The notes under the pieces were generated by a model that was given only the letters and a program-made list of their open reading frames with translations, made no database searches and was not told the DNA's origin. A program made the translations under genes and the position numbers. A stretch of 64,000 nucleotides of DNA from assembly GCA_030390025.1 (NCBI GenBank), contig CM059432.1:120096001-120160000 (forward strand), in the 5' to 3' direction. Shown in pieces: positions 12,801-23,749 of this stretch; within the stretch, counting starts at the first letter, position 1; each line of letters begins with the position of its first letter. This DNA is from Squalus acanthias. Lineage: Eukaryota.

Positions 12801-13779
12801 GGTTCTGAGGACAAGCAGCTGTAATTGGTGTCATTGCACAAAGAGTGGCTGAAACTCTAGGTGTGTTTCTTCGAGAGAAAACCCGAGAGGAAGCACGATA
12901 GATTTTAGCCGGAACATCTTGATAGGCCCTTACCGGGGCAGTTCGGTAGGACTTAGCTTGATAAGCCCTCGTAGAGGCTCTTGATAGGCAAACCTTTGCA
13001 AAATGACCCTTTTTGTTGCAATGACTGCAAAACGCATTGCGAGCAGGGCAGAATTTCCGAGGGTGAAACTCATCACCACAAAAGAAGCATTTCTTAGATT
13101 GCCAAGAGGCTGCCACAGTGGGGTCATCATCCTCTTCATCAGTGAAGTCATCAGATTGATCGTCAGGGATAAAGTCCTCCCTAATAGAGTTCACCTGTGG
13201 CCTCTTAAATTGCCTGACTGTAGTTAAGGCAGCAGACCGAGGTCTGGGCACTGTATAAAGGTCTGCATTTCTTTTTGCCAGATCTAGAGAGCAAGCCATG
13301 TCATAAGCTCTCTGAAGCTCAAGTGTCTTACTTTCCAGTAGACGCTGGCGTATAAATGGGGAGGCAAGCCCGCAGATGAAAGCATCACGGATCATTTCTT
13401 CACGGTACAGCTCAGCTGAGGCCGCCTGAAAGTTACAGTCCATACTAAGTCTGCGAAGCTCTTGGAGGAATTTATCAATGGATTCCTCCGGCCCTTGTTG
13501 GGCTGTAGCTAGTAGATGTCTGGCATAGACCTCATTCGGTGTCTTAGTATATAGTCTTTTAAGCGTCCGAATTGCCTCCTCGTAACTGCCCCATTCCTCA
13601 ACATACTGAAATACATTCGGAGTGACACAGTTGATGAGTATCCGCAACTTTGTGTCATCATCAGCCTTGCAATATTCGAGAAAATTGTCAAACGTGCGAT
13701 ACCAGTGTTTCCACACCTTACCGGCTGCTGGGGTGTTTGGGTCCAAGTCAAGACGCGATGGTTTAAGGATGTTTTCCAT
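9823..13779 (-). CDS. Gag-Pol polyprotein, 1318 aa (Gag with two Zn knuckles, protease, RT, RNase H, integrase)
   Basis: Knuckles CFFCGDEFHPRKFC and CSHCNKKGHFAKVC; protease LIDSG; RT LPFG and YLDN; RNase H ECDAS; integrase HHCC and IDFKGP/HSDRG/ERFN. PR-RT-RH-IN order is Gypsy-type. Confidence 0.97.
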   Translation of the reverse strand: MENILKPSRLDLDPNTPAAGKVWKHWYRTFDNFLEYCKADDDTKLRILINCVTPNVFQYVEEWGSYEEAIRTLKRLYTKTPNEVYARHLLATAQQGPEESIDKFLQELRRLSMDCNFQAASAELYREEMIRDAFICGLASPFIRQRLLESKTLELQRAYDMACSLDLAKRNADLYTVPRPRSAALTTVRQFKRPQVNSIREDFIPDDQSDDFTDEEDDDPTVAASWQSKKCFFCGDEFHPRKFCPARNAFCSHCNKKGHFAKVCLSRASTRAYQAKSYRTAPVRAYQDVPAKIYRASSRVFSRRNTPRVSATLCAMTPITAACPQNLFHAATKASINGHTLDALIDSGTTDSFIREQIVAELKLHVFPSDQAIAMAQSSLNTRISGFCMVEITLNGHRYPSTRLSVLKDLCSDLILGLDFQKQHKKLTIEFGGSKPELTISNIRPRLPFCALSAASLDEPSLFTSIPPRCKPIITKSRRFSQEDQSFIAAEISRLLAEDIIEPCSSPWRAQVVIVKNPLQPHKKRLCIDYSQTINQYTDLDAYPLPRIDDMVNKLAEYTVFSTYDLKSAYHQVPLKVSDKQYTAFEANGRLYQFRRLPFGVTNGVAVFQRAMDDLVKQEDLKDTFPYLDNITVAGRNQREHDANLQRFWDALQHRNLTLNAAKSIESQPTINILGYCVGNGIIKPDPERLRPLQELPPPKNPASLRRALGLFAYYAKWIPNFSDRIQPLLKASTFPLDTAAVAAFNLLKKQLEKAALHSIDESLPFVVECDASEVAISATLNQEGRPVAFLSRTFQGAELHYPPVEKEATAIIEAVRKWTHLLARQHFTLITDQRSVAFMLDNRKRTKIKNNKIQLWRLELASFGYTIHYRPGKENVAPDTLTRAFCSAMAPSTLVDIHDGLCHPGVTRMLHFVRSQNLPFSTGDVKKICSDCRVCAELKPQFFRPSGGILIHATQPMQRLSIDFKGPLPSSTRNTYLLTMVDEYSRFPFAFPCPNMLTTTVISCLEQVFAFCGMASYVHSDRGPSFMSGELKAYLSERGIAASRTTPYHPVGNGQVERFNAIIWNAVRLALRSRGLPNQQWEAVLPDALHSTRSLLSTATNTTPHERFFRFQRRSSYGISLPSWLTAPGPVLLRRYVRASKNDPMVDEVELTDVNPTYAYIRYPDGRESTVSLRDLAPCPPKHRGTPGDDIVPGTSLGSPGASHHDLDLTPAGTSLQRADLGQTDYEPVGARTRSHDPPRTIRSETDLPQPCPTPVRAPVHSQDRPDPSQSGLDHSDSGPRPAAGKRARGPLPLREPKRVRLSLVRRLRNGGSIPAS

Positions 13780-13857
13780 GATGGGTGATTCCCTGGATCC
13801 TTAGTTCCGAGTTCGTCCAAAAAGTTTGAGTGCGAAGTTTTTCAAAGTTGATTAAAT

Positions 13858-14051
13858 TGTCGTAAGAATGAGCCTTACGCGTGGTGAACTTAAAGTAAGC
13901 TTTAATCAACTAAAAAGGTGCTACATACAAAAGAGGTCTTACTCTATGCCTCTCCAGGATCCAACTGCTCAGTCCAGTATTTATCCTGGACTAATCACAG
14001 GAAGTGATGCAATAAAGTTCGAGTCACAGGAAGCTGTATTGTGTTACCACA
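13858..14051 (-). repeat. 5' LTR (194 bp)
   Basis: Direct repeat of 9630-9804. On the element strand it has a TATA-like GATAAATA inside an AGTCCAG/CTGGACT hairpin, and ATTAAA. Confidence 0.96.
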
Positions 14052-16433
14052 ATCCCCCCCAACAGTATTCAAAGTGGTATATCTGTTTGAGAGGGGGATG
14101 TCCACAGGGGACTCCTGCACTACCTGCCTGCGCCTACTACTCTGTCTGTTGGTCACCCATTCCCTTTCTGCTAGGGGATCTCAGAGATGCCGTAATCGTG
14201 ACCATCTTCAAGAAAGGTGACAAGTCCGATTGCGGTAATTACAGAGGAGTCTCCCTGCTGTCTGCCACAGGGAAAGTCATCGCAAGAATTCTCCTCAATC
14301 GCCTTCTCCCAGTGGCTGAAGAGCTCCTCCCAGAGTCGCAATGCAGATTCCACCCACTAAGGGGCACAATGGACATGATTTTCACCGCGCGTCAACTACA
14401 AGAGAAATGCAGGGAACAGCACCAACCGCTGTACATGGCCTTCTTTGACCTCACAAAGGCCTTCGACACCGCCATCCGTGAGGGATTATGGAGTGTCCTC
14501 CTCAAATTCAGCTGCCCTCAAAAGTTTGTCACCATCCTCCGCCTGCTTCACGACGACATGCAAGCCGTGATCCTGACCAACAGATCCACCACAGACCCAA
14601 TTCACGTACGGACCGGGGTCAAGCAAGGCTATGTCATCGCACCAACGCTCTTCTCGATCTTCCTTGCTGCAATGCTCCATCTCACCCTCAGTAAGCTCCC
14701 CGCTGGAGTGGAGCTAATCTACAGAACAAACAGGAAACTGTTCAACCTCCGTCACCTCCAGTCCAGATCCAAGGTTGACCCATCCTCTGTCATCAAATTA
14801 CAGTATGCAGACGACGCTTGTGTCTGCGCACACTCTGAGGTCGAACTCCAAACCTTCGTCAACACCTTCACCGAAGCATACGAGAGCATGGGCCTTATAC
14901 TAAACATCCGTAAGACAAAGGGTCCTCTACCAACCTGCCCCCGCCACACAGTACTGCTTCCTGATTATCAAAATCCATGACGAGGCCTTGGACAACGTGG
15001 ACCACTTTCCATACCTTGGGAGCCTACTGTCAACAAGGGCAGACGTCAATGACGAAGTCCAACACCGCCTTCAGTGTGCCAGTGCAGCCTTCGGTTGCCT
15101 GAGGAAGAGAGTGTTTGAAGACCAGGACCTCAAACCCAGCACCAAGCTCATGGTCTACAGAGCAGTAGTGATACCCGCCCTCCTGTATGCTTCAGAGACA
15201 TGGACCATGTACAGCAGGCACCTTAAAGCACTGGAGAGGTACCGCCAACGCTGCCTCTGCAAGATCCTGCAAATCCATTGGCAGGATAGGCGCACCAACA
15301 TTAGTGTTCTCGCTTAGGCTAACATCCCCAGCATCGAAGCTTTGACCATGCTCAATCAGCTCCGATGGATGGGCCACATCGTCCGCATGCCTGATACGAG
15401 ACTCCCAAAACAAGCGCACTACTCGGAGCTCCGACACAGCAAGAGAGCCCCAGATGGGCAGAGGAAATGCTTCAAGGGCACCCTCAAAGCCACCTTGAAA
15501 AAGTACAACATCCCCACCGACACCTGGGAATCCCTGGCCCAAGACCGCACAAAGTGGAGGAGAAGCATCCGGGAAGGCACCGAACACCTCTAGTCTCTTC
15601 GTCGGGAGCAAGCGGAACTGAAGCGCAAACAGCGGAAGGATCGCACGTCAACCCAAGCACCCCACCCACCTGCCCCTTCAACCACCACCTGCCCTACCTG
15701 TGACAGAGACGGTAGGTCCCACATTTGACTCATCAGTCACCTGAGAACTCATTTTTAGTGTGGAAGCAAGTCATCCTCGGTTCAGAGGGGCTGCCTAAGA
15801 AAGAGAAGAAAAAGGTGTAGTGCCAGAGGTCTGGCAGATAGCTAACATAATATCTATATTTAAGAACGGGGATAGAACATGTCTAGGGAATTATAGACCA
15901 GTCAGCTTAACATCGGTGGTAGGAAAAATAATGGAATCTTAATAAAGGAGAGAATAGAAGAACATCTAGAAATGAAAAGTATAATAATGAATAGTCAACA
16001 TGAATTTCAAAAGGGAAAATCTTGCTTGACCAACCTTATTGAAATTTTTGAAGCGTTAACAGTGAGAGTAGACAATGGTAATTCAGTAGATGTAATTTAT
16101 CTAGATTTTCAAAAAGGCATTCGATAAGGTACCCCATAATAGACTAATGAATAAGGTCAGAGAATGCAGAGTCAGGGGACAAGTAGCAGAATGGCTTGCT
16201 GGCTGGCTTCAAGACAGAAAGCAGAGAGTGGGATTAAAGTGTAGCTATTCACAGTGGCAGAAGGTGGGTAGTGGTGTTCCACAAGGATCAGTGCTGGGAC
16301 CACTGCTGTTCACAATTTATATTAACAATTTAGATTTTGGAATCAGAAACACAATTTCTAAATTTGCAGATGATACCAAATTGGGGGGGATAGTCAATAC
16401 TGAAGAGGACTGCAACAAATTACAGGAGGACAT

Positions 16434-18902
16434 AAAAGGAACCCAAAAATCTTCTACCGGCATGTAAATAGTAAGCGGGTAGTAAGAGGCGGGGTGAAGC
16501 CTCTATTACAGACAAAGAAGTTGTTGTATGCTTAGAGGCGCAGGGCAAGGCTAGAATACTCAATGAGTACTTTGTATCGGTGTTTACTAAGGAGGGGGAT
16601 GCTGACAAAATATCGGTAGAAGTGGAAAAGGTAGAAGCAATGGAAGGGGTGAAAATTGATAGACAGGATGAACTAGAAAGGCTGGTTATGCTTAGAGTGG
16701 ACAAGTTGCTTGGTCCAGATGGCTTGCATCCCAGGTTGCTAAGGAAATTGGGGGAGGAGATAACGGAAAGGCTTGCCATAATTTTCCAATCTTCCCTAGA
16801 TGCGGGGGAGATGCCTGAGGATTGGAAAGTGGCAAATGTGACACCATTGTTCAAGAAAGGGTGTAAGGACAATCCTAGTAACTACAGGCTGGTCAGTTTC
16901 ACATCAGTGGTGGGTAAAGTTTTAGAAACAATAATCAAGGAAAAAATTAACGGGCACTTGTAGACCTTTAAGCTAATTAAGGAGAGCCATCACAGATTTG
17001 TAAAAGGCAGATCATGTTTGACTAATCTAATTGAATTTATTGATGAAGTAACAGAGAGGATTGATGAAGGGAATGCAATGGATGTTGTCTACATGGATTT
17101 TAGGAAGGCACTTGACAAAGTACCACATAGAAGGCTGGTTAACAAAATTAAGGCTCATGGAATAGGTGGGTCAGTGGCAGCTTGGATAAGGAATTGGCTT
17201 AAGGACAGAAAACAGCAAGTTGTAGTAAATGGCTGTTTTTCAGACTGGAGGATGGTAGACAGTAGTGTTCCCCAAGGGTCAGTGCTGAGGCCACTGCTTT
17301 TTTTGATATATAAATTACCTGGTTATTGGAATACAGAGCAGAAATTCTAAATTTGCCGATGACACCAAACTTGGGGGTGTGGCAAACAGTGATGGTGATA
17401 CCAATCGACTGCAACAGGACATAGAAAGGCTAGCAGAATGGGCAGACAAGTGGCAGATGGAATTTAATACAGAGAAGTGTGAGGTGGTGCATTTTGGCAG
17501 AAGGAAAAGGGAGAGGCAATATACACTCAATGCACCGTTTTAAAGTGTGTGCAGGGACAGAGGGACCTGGGAGTTAATGGGCATAGGTCCCTGAAGGTGG
17601 CAGGACATATTGAGAGAGTGTTAGCAAAGCATATGGGATCTTGGGCTTCATAAATAGGGGTATTGAGTACAAAAGTAGAGAAGTTATAATGAACCTTTAT
17701 AAAGCGCTAGTTAGGCCACAATTGGAATATTGCATCCAGTTCTGGTCACCACACTTTAGGAAGGATGTGAAGGCCCTTGAGACGGGTGCAGAGGAGATTT
17801 ACCAGAATGGTTCCGGGGATGGGGGATCTTAGCTAAAAGGACAGGTTGGAGAAGCTGGATTTGTTTTCATTTGAGCAAAGGAGGTTGAGGGGTGATTTGA
17901 TAAAGGTGTACAAGATTATTATGGGTTTGGATAGGCTAGACGGGGAAAGGCTGTTCCAAATAGTTGATGGTACAAGGACTAGAGGACACAGATTTAGGGG
18001 TAAAAACTGGGTAGCGCCCCCTAATTTTAGCGCCCAGAAAAAGTTAGCGCCCCCACAGCCAATTTTCCTAGGTAGCGCCCCGAGAGGGAGGAGGGGCGCT
18101 ACTGGAAGCGCCCTGCATCCCTCTTGGGGCGCTGCGAGCCAATATCATGGCGCTACGTGCCGTGGTACTGCAGGCCTTCCTCTCCATATTAAAGGGGAGG
18201 GGCCTGACGCAGTGCGTCCCGGGGCCCAGCTGGGCCACCAGGGATCGGGAGTGCTGGCAAATGAGCCCGGCACTCAAGAGGAGTGACGGGCTCACGGAGA
18301 GCAGCCGGCACCCCGCGGGCGGGCTTCAGGGGGGCTGAGGACAGCAACGGGGGCAGGTACTGGCAGGCAGCCAGCAACAAAAATGGCCGCTCACCACCTC
18401 CCCTTTAAGTAGCGCCGCCCCAGCCGCAGGTAGGCCCCCCTGACCCCGGCGGACATAGCGTCCAGCAGTAAGCCGGCGGGCGCCACCCAATATTACAGCC
18501 GGGGCGCGAGCGGGTCGCTGCGCCCGGCGATGACGTCATCACCGGCGGTGCAGCGGCACTAACGGTTAGCGTCGCCGCTAACCTCCTGCTGAATTTCACG
18601 GGAGGCATTAGCGGTGCCACGCCCAGGCGCTAGTTGATTTAGGGCGCTAACGGAAGGCGCAAATCAATCGAATTTAGCCCCCTTACGGTTTTGGGCAAGA
18701 GATACGGGGGGATATGAGGAAAAACTTTTTAAGCAGCGAGTGGTGAGGACCTGGAAATAAACTTGCAGGGCTACGGGGATAGAGCGGGGGAATGGGACTG
18801 ACTGGATTGCTCCAAAAGAGCCGGCACGGACTCGATGGGCCGAATGGCCTCCTTTTGTGCTGTATGACTCTTTTGACTCTATGACTATGACTCTATGACA
18901 GT
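16434..18902 (+). mobile_element. 5'-truncated CR1 (second subfamily) nested in the host CR1
   Basis: ORF2 pieces 16580..16963, 17018..17350 and 17641..17832. (TATGACTC)-type tail at 18863-18900. Same subfamily as 55010-59700. Confidence 0.88.
17997..18682. mobile_element. GC-rich non-autonomous Harbinger-like element (MITE)
   Basis: TTA duplicated at 17994-17996 and 18683-18685; the empty site is visible in the sister CR1 near 59520. Imperfect GGGG.. TIRs and repeated TAGCGCC motifs. Confidence 0.85.
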
Positions 18903-20896
18903 AATAAACTCGCAAAATGGGCAAATAATTGGCAAATGAATTTCAACAGAAATAAATGTGAGTTATTACATTTTGGTAGGAAGAATAGGGAGGTCACTTA
19001 TCACTTGGAGGGTGCGAGTCTAGGTGGGGTAGAGGAACAAAGGGATCTCAGAGTACAAATACCCAAATTACTAAAAGTTGTGCCACAAGTTAGCAAGGCC
19101 ATTAAAAAAAGCAAATGAAGCACTAGGGTTTATTTCTAGAGGGATAGAATTGACAAGTAGGAAAGTTATGCTAAACCTGCATCGAACCTTGGTTAGACCA
19201 CTCTTAGAGTACTGCGTACAGCTCTGGTCGCCATATTATAAAAAGGATATAGAGGCACTGGAGAAAGTGCAGAGAAGATTTACAAGGATGATACCAGAAA
19301 TGCGATCGTATGCATATCAGGAAAGGATGAACAGGCTGGATCTCTTTTCTCTTGGAAAAAGAAGGCTGAGGGGTGACCTAATAGAGGTCTTTAAAATTAT
19401 GTAAGTTTTTGATAGAGTGGATACAGAGAGAATGTTTCCACTTGTGGGGAAGAGCATAACTAGAGGCCATCAATATAAGATAGTCACCAAGAAATCCAAA
19501 GGGAATTCAGAAGAAACTTCTTTACCCAAAGAGTGGTGAGAATGTGGAACTCGCTACCACAGGGAGTGGTTGAAGCAAGTAGTATCGATGCATTTAAGGG
19601 GAGGCTAGACAAGCATATGAGGGTGAAGGGAATAGAGGGTTATGCTGATCGAGTTAGATGAGGAACGATGGGAGGAGGCTCGAGTAGAGCATAAACGCCG
19701 GCATGGACTGGTTGGGCCGAATGGCCTGTTTCTATGCCGTATATCCTATGTAATCCTATGTAATTTTCTGAAGACATTGATAGCCGCACACAACCTTGCA
19801 GTAGCTGTGTGCAAATGCATTTTTTATCAATACACGCAGATGAAAATCCTTTTAACAATCATAAATATTAATTTTTTGTCCTTCAAAAGCTAAGCGAGAA
19901 TATAAATTTAACCAGAATGTATTACTCCTACTGCAGTGACAATTTTAATATATAATATGCACGGCAAAATGTTCTGCATTATGTTGATACAACTAACAGC
20001 AAGCAAACTAAACCAACTTGGTGAAGACTTTTAAGAAATATCTTTACTAATTACATCTATAGAAACAAACTATTTGCATTTGTTTTAATTAATGCAATGC
20101 GGAGTAATTTTCTCTGATGATGATCAACTTTGAGTAAATTCTGTTCTTCTCCTGCGGGGTCTTTACTGATGATATGGTCGCTCAAAGAAGTTGAGATGAT
20201 TTTTGGTTTGAAAATCCTGCCTGCTCTAGGAAAACTTATCGTTTGTCTTCAGTGAAGATTATAATGAAGAGTATTTATCAGTTAATGCTATCTTTTGCAG
20301 GCGGAGTTTGGGGGTGGGGTGTGGGGGGCAGCCTTCTGGAAGTTGTCAGTCCATTGACTGCCGAGTTTTACCAGTAGCCTGCTAGGATTCTGATGGGACA
20401 AGGCCTCCCCAGCTGTGATGCTGCAAAGGCACTACGTGTAAGTCAGCCACTTTTAGGACTGTGGTGGCTGACTGGTGCTGCCGGCTTTCAGCCATTTCTT
20501 CTGTGCATTTCTCACTCTATAATGCCCAACTGTACAGCGATTCTGCTGGGGAGACATTGCCCTCACTTTCCCAATATTATTTCGGGTGCTTAACTGCTTT
20601 CTAAAAGCAGTTCGCAGCTAATTAAGATCATTTGTGCTTTTCCCTATTCATTGATTGAGCCACTGTATGGGAGATATAAACCACGTTTTAACCCACAGAT
20701 TGAAAATACCAAAATTAAGAATAAACCAGCAAACTTTATTACTCCCAACAACTTGAAGTGACTTATAGCTAGTCCCTGATTAGCGCATGAATAGTAATTT
20801 CTAGGCTTGAATGGGAAAAGGCCATTCATCTCATCGGCACCACTCTTTTCACAGACCATGTATAATCTATCCTATCATGGCCTGTACAGACATATT

Positions 20897-21146
20897 GGGA
20901 TAGATTTTGGGCTGGGACTAGCGCGCACCTGAGCCAAGAGGCCAGACGATCAATGGAAATTGGATCTCGGACCTCGTCAGTACACTCACTGCGACCAAAG
21001 CATGCACCTGGGGTGCCTAAAGAAAGACCACCACAAATTTAGCAGTTGGTTTAACGCCTGTGCAGATTGGATGCAACCTGTCCCACTGCTAAATTGATAT
21101 GCTTTGTGCCTGTTTTATGCCCGAAAACGCATGCCAATTTCTACCC
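20897..21146. mobile_element. Harbinger-like MITE (250 bp)
   Basis: Ends GGGATAGATTTTGG and CCAATTTCTACCC, with ATT on both sides. Confidence 0.65.
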
Positions 21147-22016
21147 ATTGAATCTCCTGAGAGAAAGTTCTGCAGAAGTTTTCCTTGACTCTCCATAGAT
21201 AATCAAGCAAAACTCCAGAACACCTATCTCTAACTGTTAACCCTGGTAAACTGCTTTCCATAAACGACATTATATTTAGCTCTGTGTCCCATTTCTGGAT
21301 TTCTTTGGATTATTTTTGCATAGAAAGGATTTGAAAATAAGAACTTTTTAATATATTTTGTAAGCAAAATATAATTTTTAAAAAGATGAAAGGCAAACAT
21401 ACGCTAAACATTAGTTGTGTTCCACAGAGGCGAAACAATAAATTAGAAATTTGTTAGCTTATAGTGATTGAAAAACACCTCACATCCATTGTGTTGGAAA
21501 GTCTTTTGATCACTATCTGTCTGTAAAGAGGGAGAGAAATAAAATAGAGAGGCAGGCACACAGGAACAGAAGCTTTTGGAAACTGAAAGGCTGAGGAGAG
21601 GACAGTCATAATTTTAAAGAAAAGTCTGTGAAAGCATTAGGCAGGCTTAGAAAGTCAGAAATGTTACAGGAACAGTTAGATGACTCCTTGTTTAAATCAA
21701 GTAAGACAACCAACTGATGTGGGGAAGGAAGCACGGTAAGTTGTTTATTCTCTATCAAGTTGTGCTGTTTGAATTAAGTGACCTTGATCATTAGTTCTGT
21801 CTGTAATCCCACCTTACTGTGAAATAAAATAGTTTATTGATCTGTATTAGGCTTTGCCTCATCAATCCACATTCAGAGAAATTGAAACGTACCCATATGA
21901 AAGGCATGAATATCCAGTTCAGATCGCAAGGTGATATTATTGTTATGCCTTGGATCACACTATTTTGCAAGTAGATATAGGACAATGTGAGTCAACTCTA
22001 TAAAAGTAAGACACTT

Positions 22017-23528
22017 GGGGCTAGAAATTTGTGGCCTGAGCGCCACTCCGTAGCACCATTAAATGGCGCTAAAATGCCGGCTGCCGCTCTTTCACCAGCT
22101 GCTGGCAGGTCCCATGGTGGCCGTCATCTTTTTCCCCCACTGGCACTGCCGGTAACTGGCAGCACCATGCTGGACAAAATACTGACGTTGTGACGTCAAG
22201 CGGCATGCAACACCGACTTAATGTCACAAAGGTGAACTTCGACCCTAGCGCTGAATTCAAGCAGGCTGACAGTGGCGATGTCAGGACCTCTTAAAGGGAC
22301 ACATACATCTTTCAGGTATGTTTGTATTTAAGCTTTTGGACTGTTTTTTTTGTTGATTTTATTGAAGTAGTGGCTTGCTGCAATTGATGCTAAAAGTTTT
22401 TTACGTGTGTAGGGAGTGCTGTTGGATGCTTGCAAGGGCTCGGATGGTAAATTAAGGCATTTGTGAAGACAGAAAATGCTGCAAATACTCAGCAGGTCAG
22501 GCGACATCCGTGGAGAGAAAAAACAAAGTTAACATCTCAGGTCGAGATGCTGCCTGCCAAACTGAGTATTTCCAGCATTTCATGCTGGCATTTCAGATTT
22601 ACAGCATCTGCTCACAGAAAGATGAGGAAGACACAGAAGAGAAGGAAGCCGAAGAGGAAGAAGCAGAAGAGGAGGACGCAGATGGAAGGACGCATCCCAG
22701 CCTTTGCCCCTATCCTACTGATGCCATGCAGTGCTACCCCAGTGGCTGCAGCATGGCTGGTGGAAGGCTGCTGACTTTCACTGGGGGACACAGCAAATGT
22801 CCTTGCTGGTTGACCTTAAGGAGCTGGTGGCTGGGAGTGTCAAATCAATCTTCTTCTGTTCTTGTTCTTTTTCACTCTCCTCTCCCTCTTCTTGGTCACC
22901 CACTGGCTGGGCGGGCTGCACTTCTTGGGTGTGTGAAATGAGGAAGGCACAAGGGTGGAGTTGTGGTGACAGGAGGATGGGAAAGCATGAGGTGCATGCC
23001 AGAAGGAAGATAACGTATGAGGATACCAACATCTTGTATCCTTTCAGCCCCGCCAGTGGCCAAGGGCATAGCCACGCCCCTGCCAAGAATGGCCTGCACT
23101 GTCACCTCCAAGGGGGTGAAGTGAGACTAGGAATGGGAGATGTGCCTCGTGATTGGTGCAGATTGTTGGTAGATGGGTGATTGGGGGTTGTGCATTAAGC
23201 AGTGTGTGAGGCTAGTGGTGCAGTCGTTAGGAGACGGCTTTTGAGGATGCATTCACTGACCTTGACCAGTGGCCTGAGGTTGTGAAGCTTCTTTGGGCAC
23301 TGGAGCCTGGTGGTGGGAGCGACACTGCTGGCAGTGACGGCCTCGATGATGTGGCCCCACATCGTTCTTTTTGGAGGGCCTCCTGGCCCCTGTGGGTAGA
23401 GGACCTGTCTTGCAGTGTTGACCCCTGCACGAATTTTGTGCCATTAGTGTTGCGGCCATTTTCAGCGGCCGTTAACTCCAGTTGGCGGTGACACCTGCAA
23501 CTTTCCTGGCGAAAATGAATTTCTCCCC
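22017..23528 (-). mobile_element. Internally deleted Harbinger derivative with Myb/SANT relic; contains a Penelope terminal-repeat hairpin at ~22465-22610
   Basis: Ends GGGGCTAGAAATTT and AATTTCTCCCC. A GAG-rich tract lies at 22620-22680. Myb-exon-like sequence resembling 30451-31070 lies at ~22980-23420 on the minus strand. Confidence 0.6.
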
Positions 23529-23749
23529 TTTGGACCATTACAGGAGTGACTGAAATCATGGAAACTGAGAAAGTATTTACAACTGACCCGTGGGGAGTCC
23601 AAAACTAGGGGCCATAAATATAAGATAGTCACTAATAAATCCAATAAGGAATTCAGGAAAAATGTCTTTACCCATAGAGTAGTTAGAATATGGAACTTGC
23701 TACCACACGGAGTAGTTGAAGCAAATAACATAAATACATTTAAGGGATA

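Larger units (their letters stand above)
9630..14051 (-). mobile_element. Full-length Gypsy/Ty3 LTR retrotransposon
   Basis: TG..CA LTRs at 9630-9804 and 13858-14051. 5-bp TSD ATCCC (9625-9629, 14052-14056). Polypurine tract GGGGGGGGAGAA on the minus strand next to the 3' LTR. Intact gag-pol. Confidence 0.97.
5976..14169 (-). mobile_element. CR1 LINE (ORF1 esterase, APE, RT, 3' UTR, tail) inserted in the RTE and interrupted by the Gypsy element
   Basis: ORF1 9037-9629 (IVIGDSIIR, VHIGTNDIG), APE 8045..8845, RT 7127..8041 and 6075..6884. (ATAGAAAC)n tail at 5976-5996. ORF1 continues at 14057-14169. Confidence 0.93.
3808..15806 (+). mobile_element. RTE-clade LINE, near full length, frameshifted; own sequence 3808-~5977 and ~14170-15806
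   Basis: APE start MKFGTWNVRTL at 4397. RT motifs NYRGVSLL, FFDLTKAFD, GVKQG and LQYADD. C-terminal C2H2-like CPTC..H..H near 15690-15752. 11-bp TSD AGAAAAAGGTG at 3797-3807 and 15807-15817. Confidence 0.92.
3337..19763 (+). mobile_element. Host CR1 LINE in three pieces (3337-3807, 15818-16433, 18903-19763), split by nested insertions
   Basis: ORF2 coding sequence resumes across each insertion (NNSLEKG|VVPEVW; LQEDI|NKLAKW). It ends in a (TAATCCTATG)-type tail at ~19745-19763. Confidence 0.85.

Noticed and set aside
13868..14980. 370-aa ORF as a novel gene
   Set aside because: Chance fusion of antisense LTR, antisense CR1 and the RTE RT; only the part from ~14170 is real coding sequence.
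20110..20200. Possible C/D-box snoRNA (TGATGA and CTGA motifs)
   Set aside because: No convincing terminal stem or recognisable guide sequence; the motifs are expected by chance in AT-rich DNA.
21530..21741. Purine-rich segment ending in a strong GTAAGT donor
   Set aside because: All three frames contain stops and there is no other support; a non-coding exon cannot be excluded.
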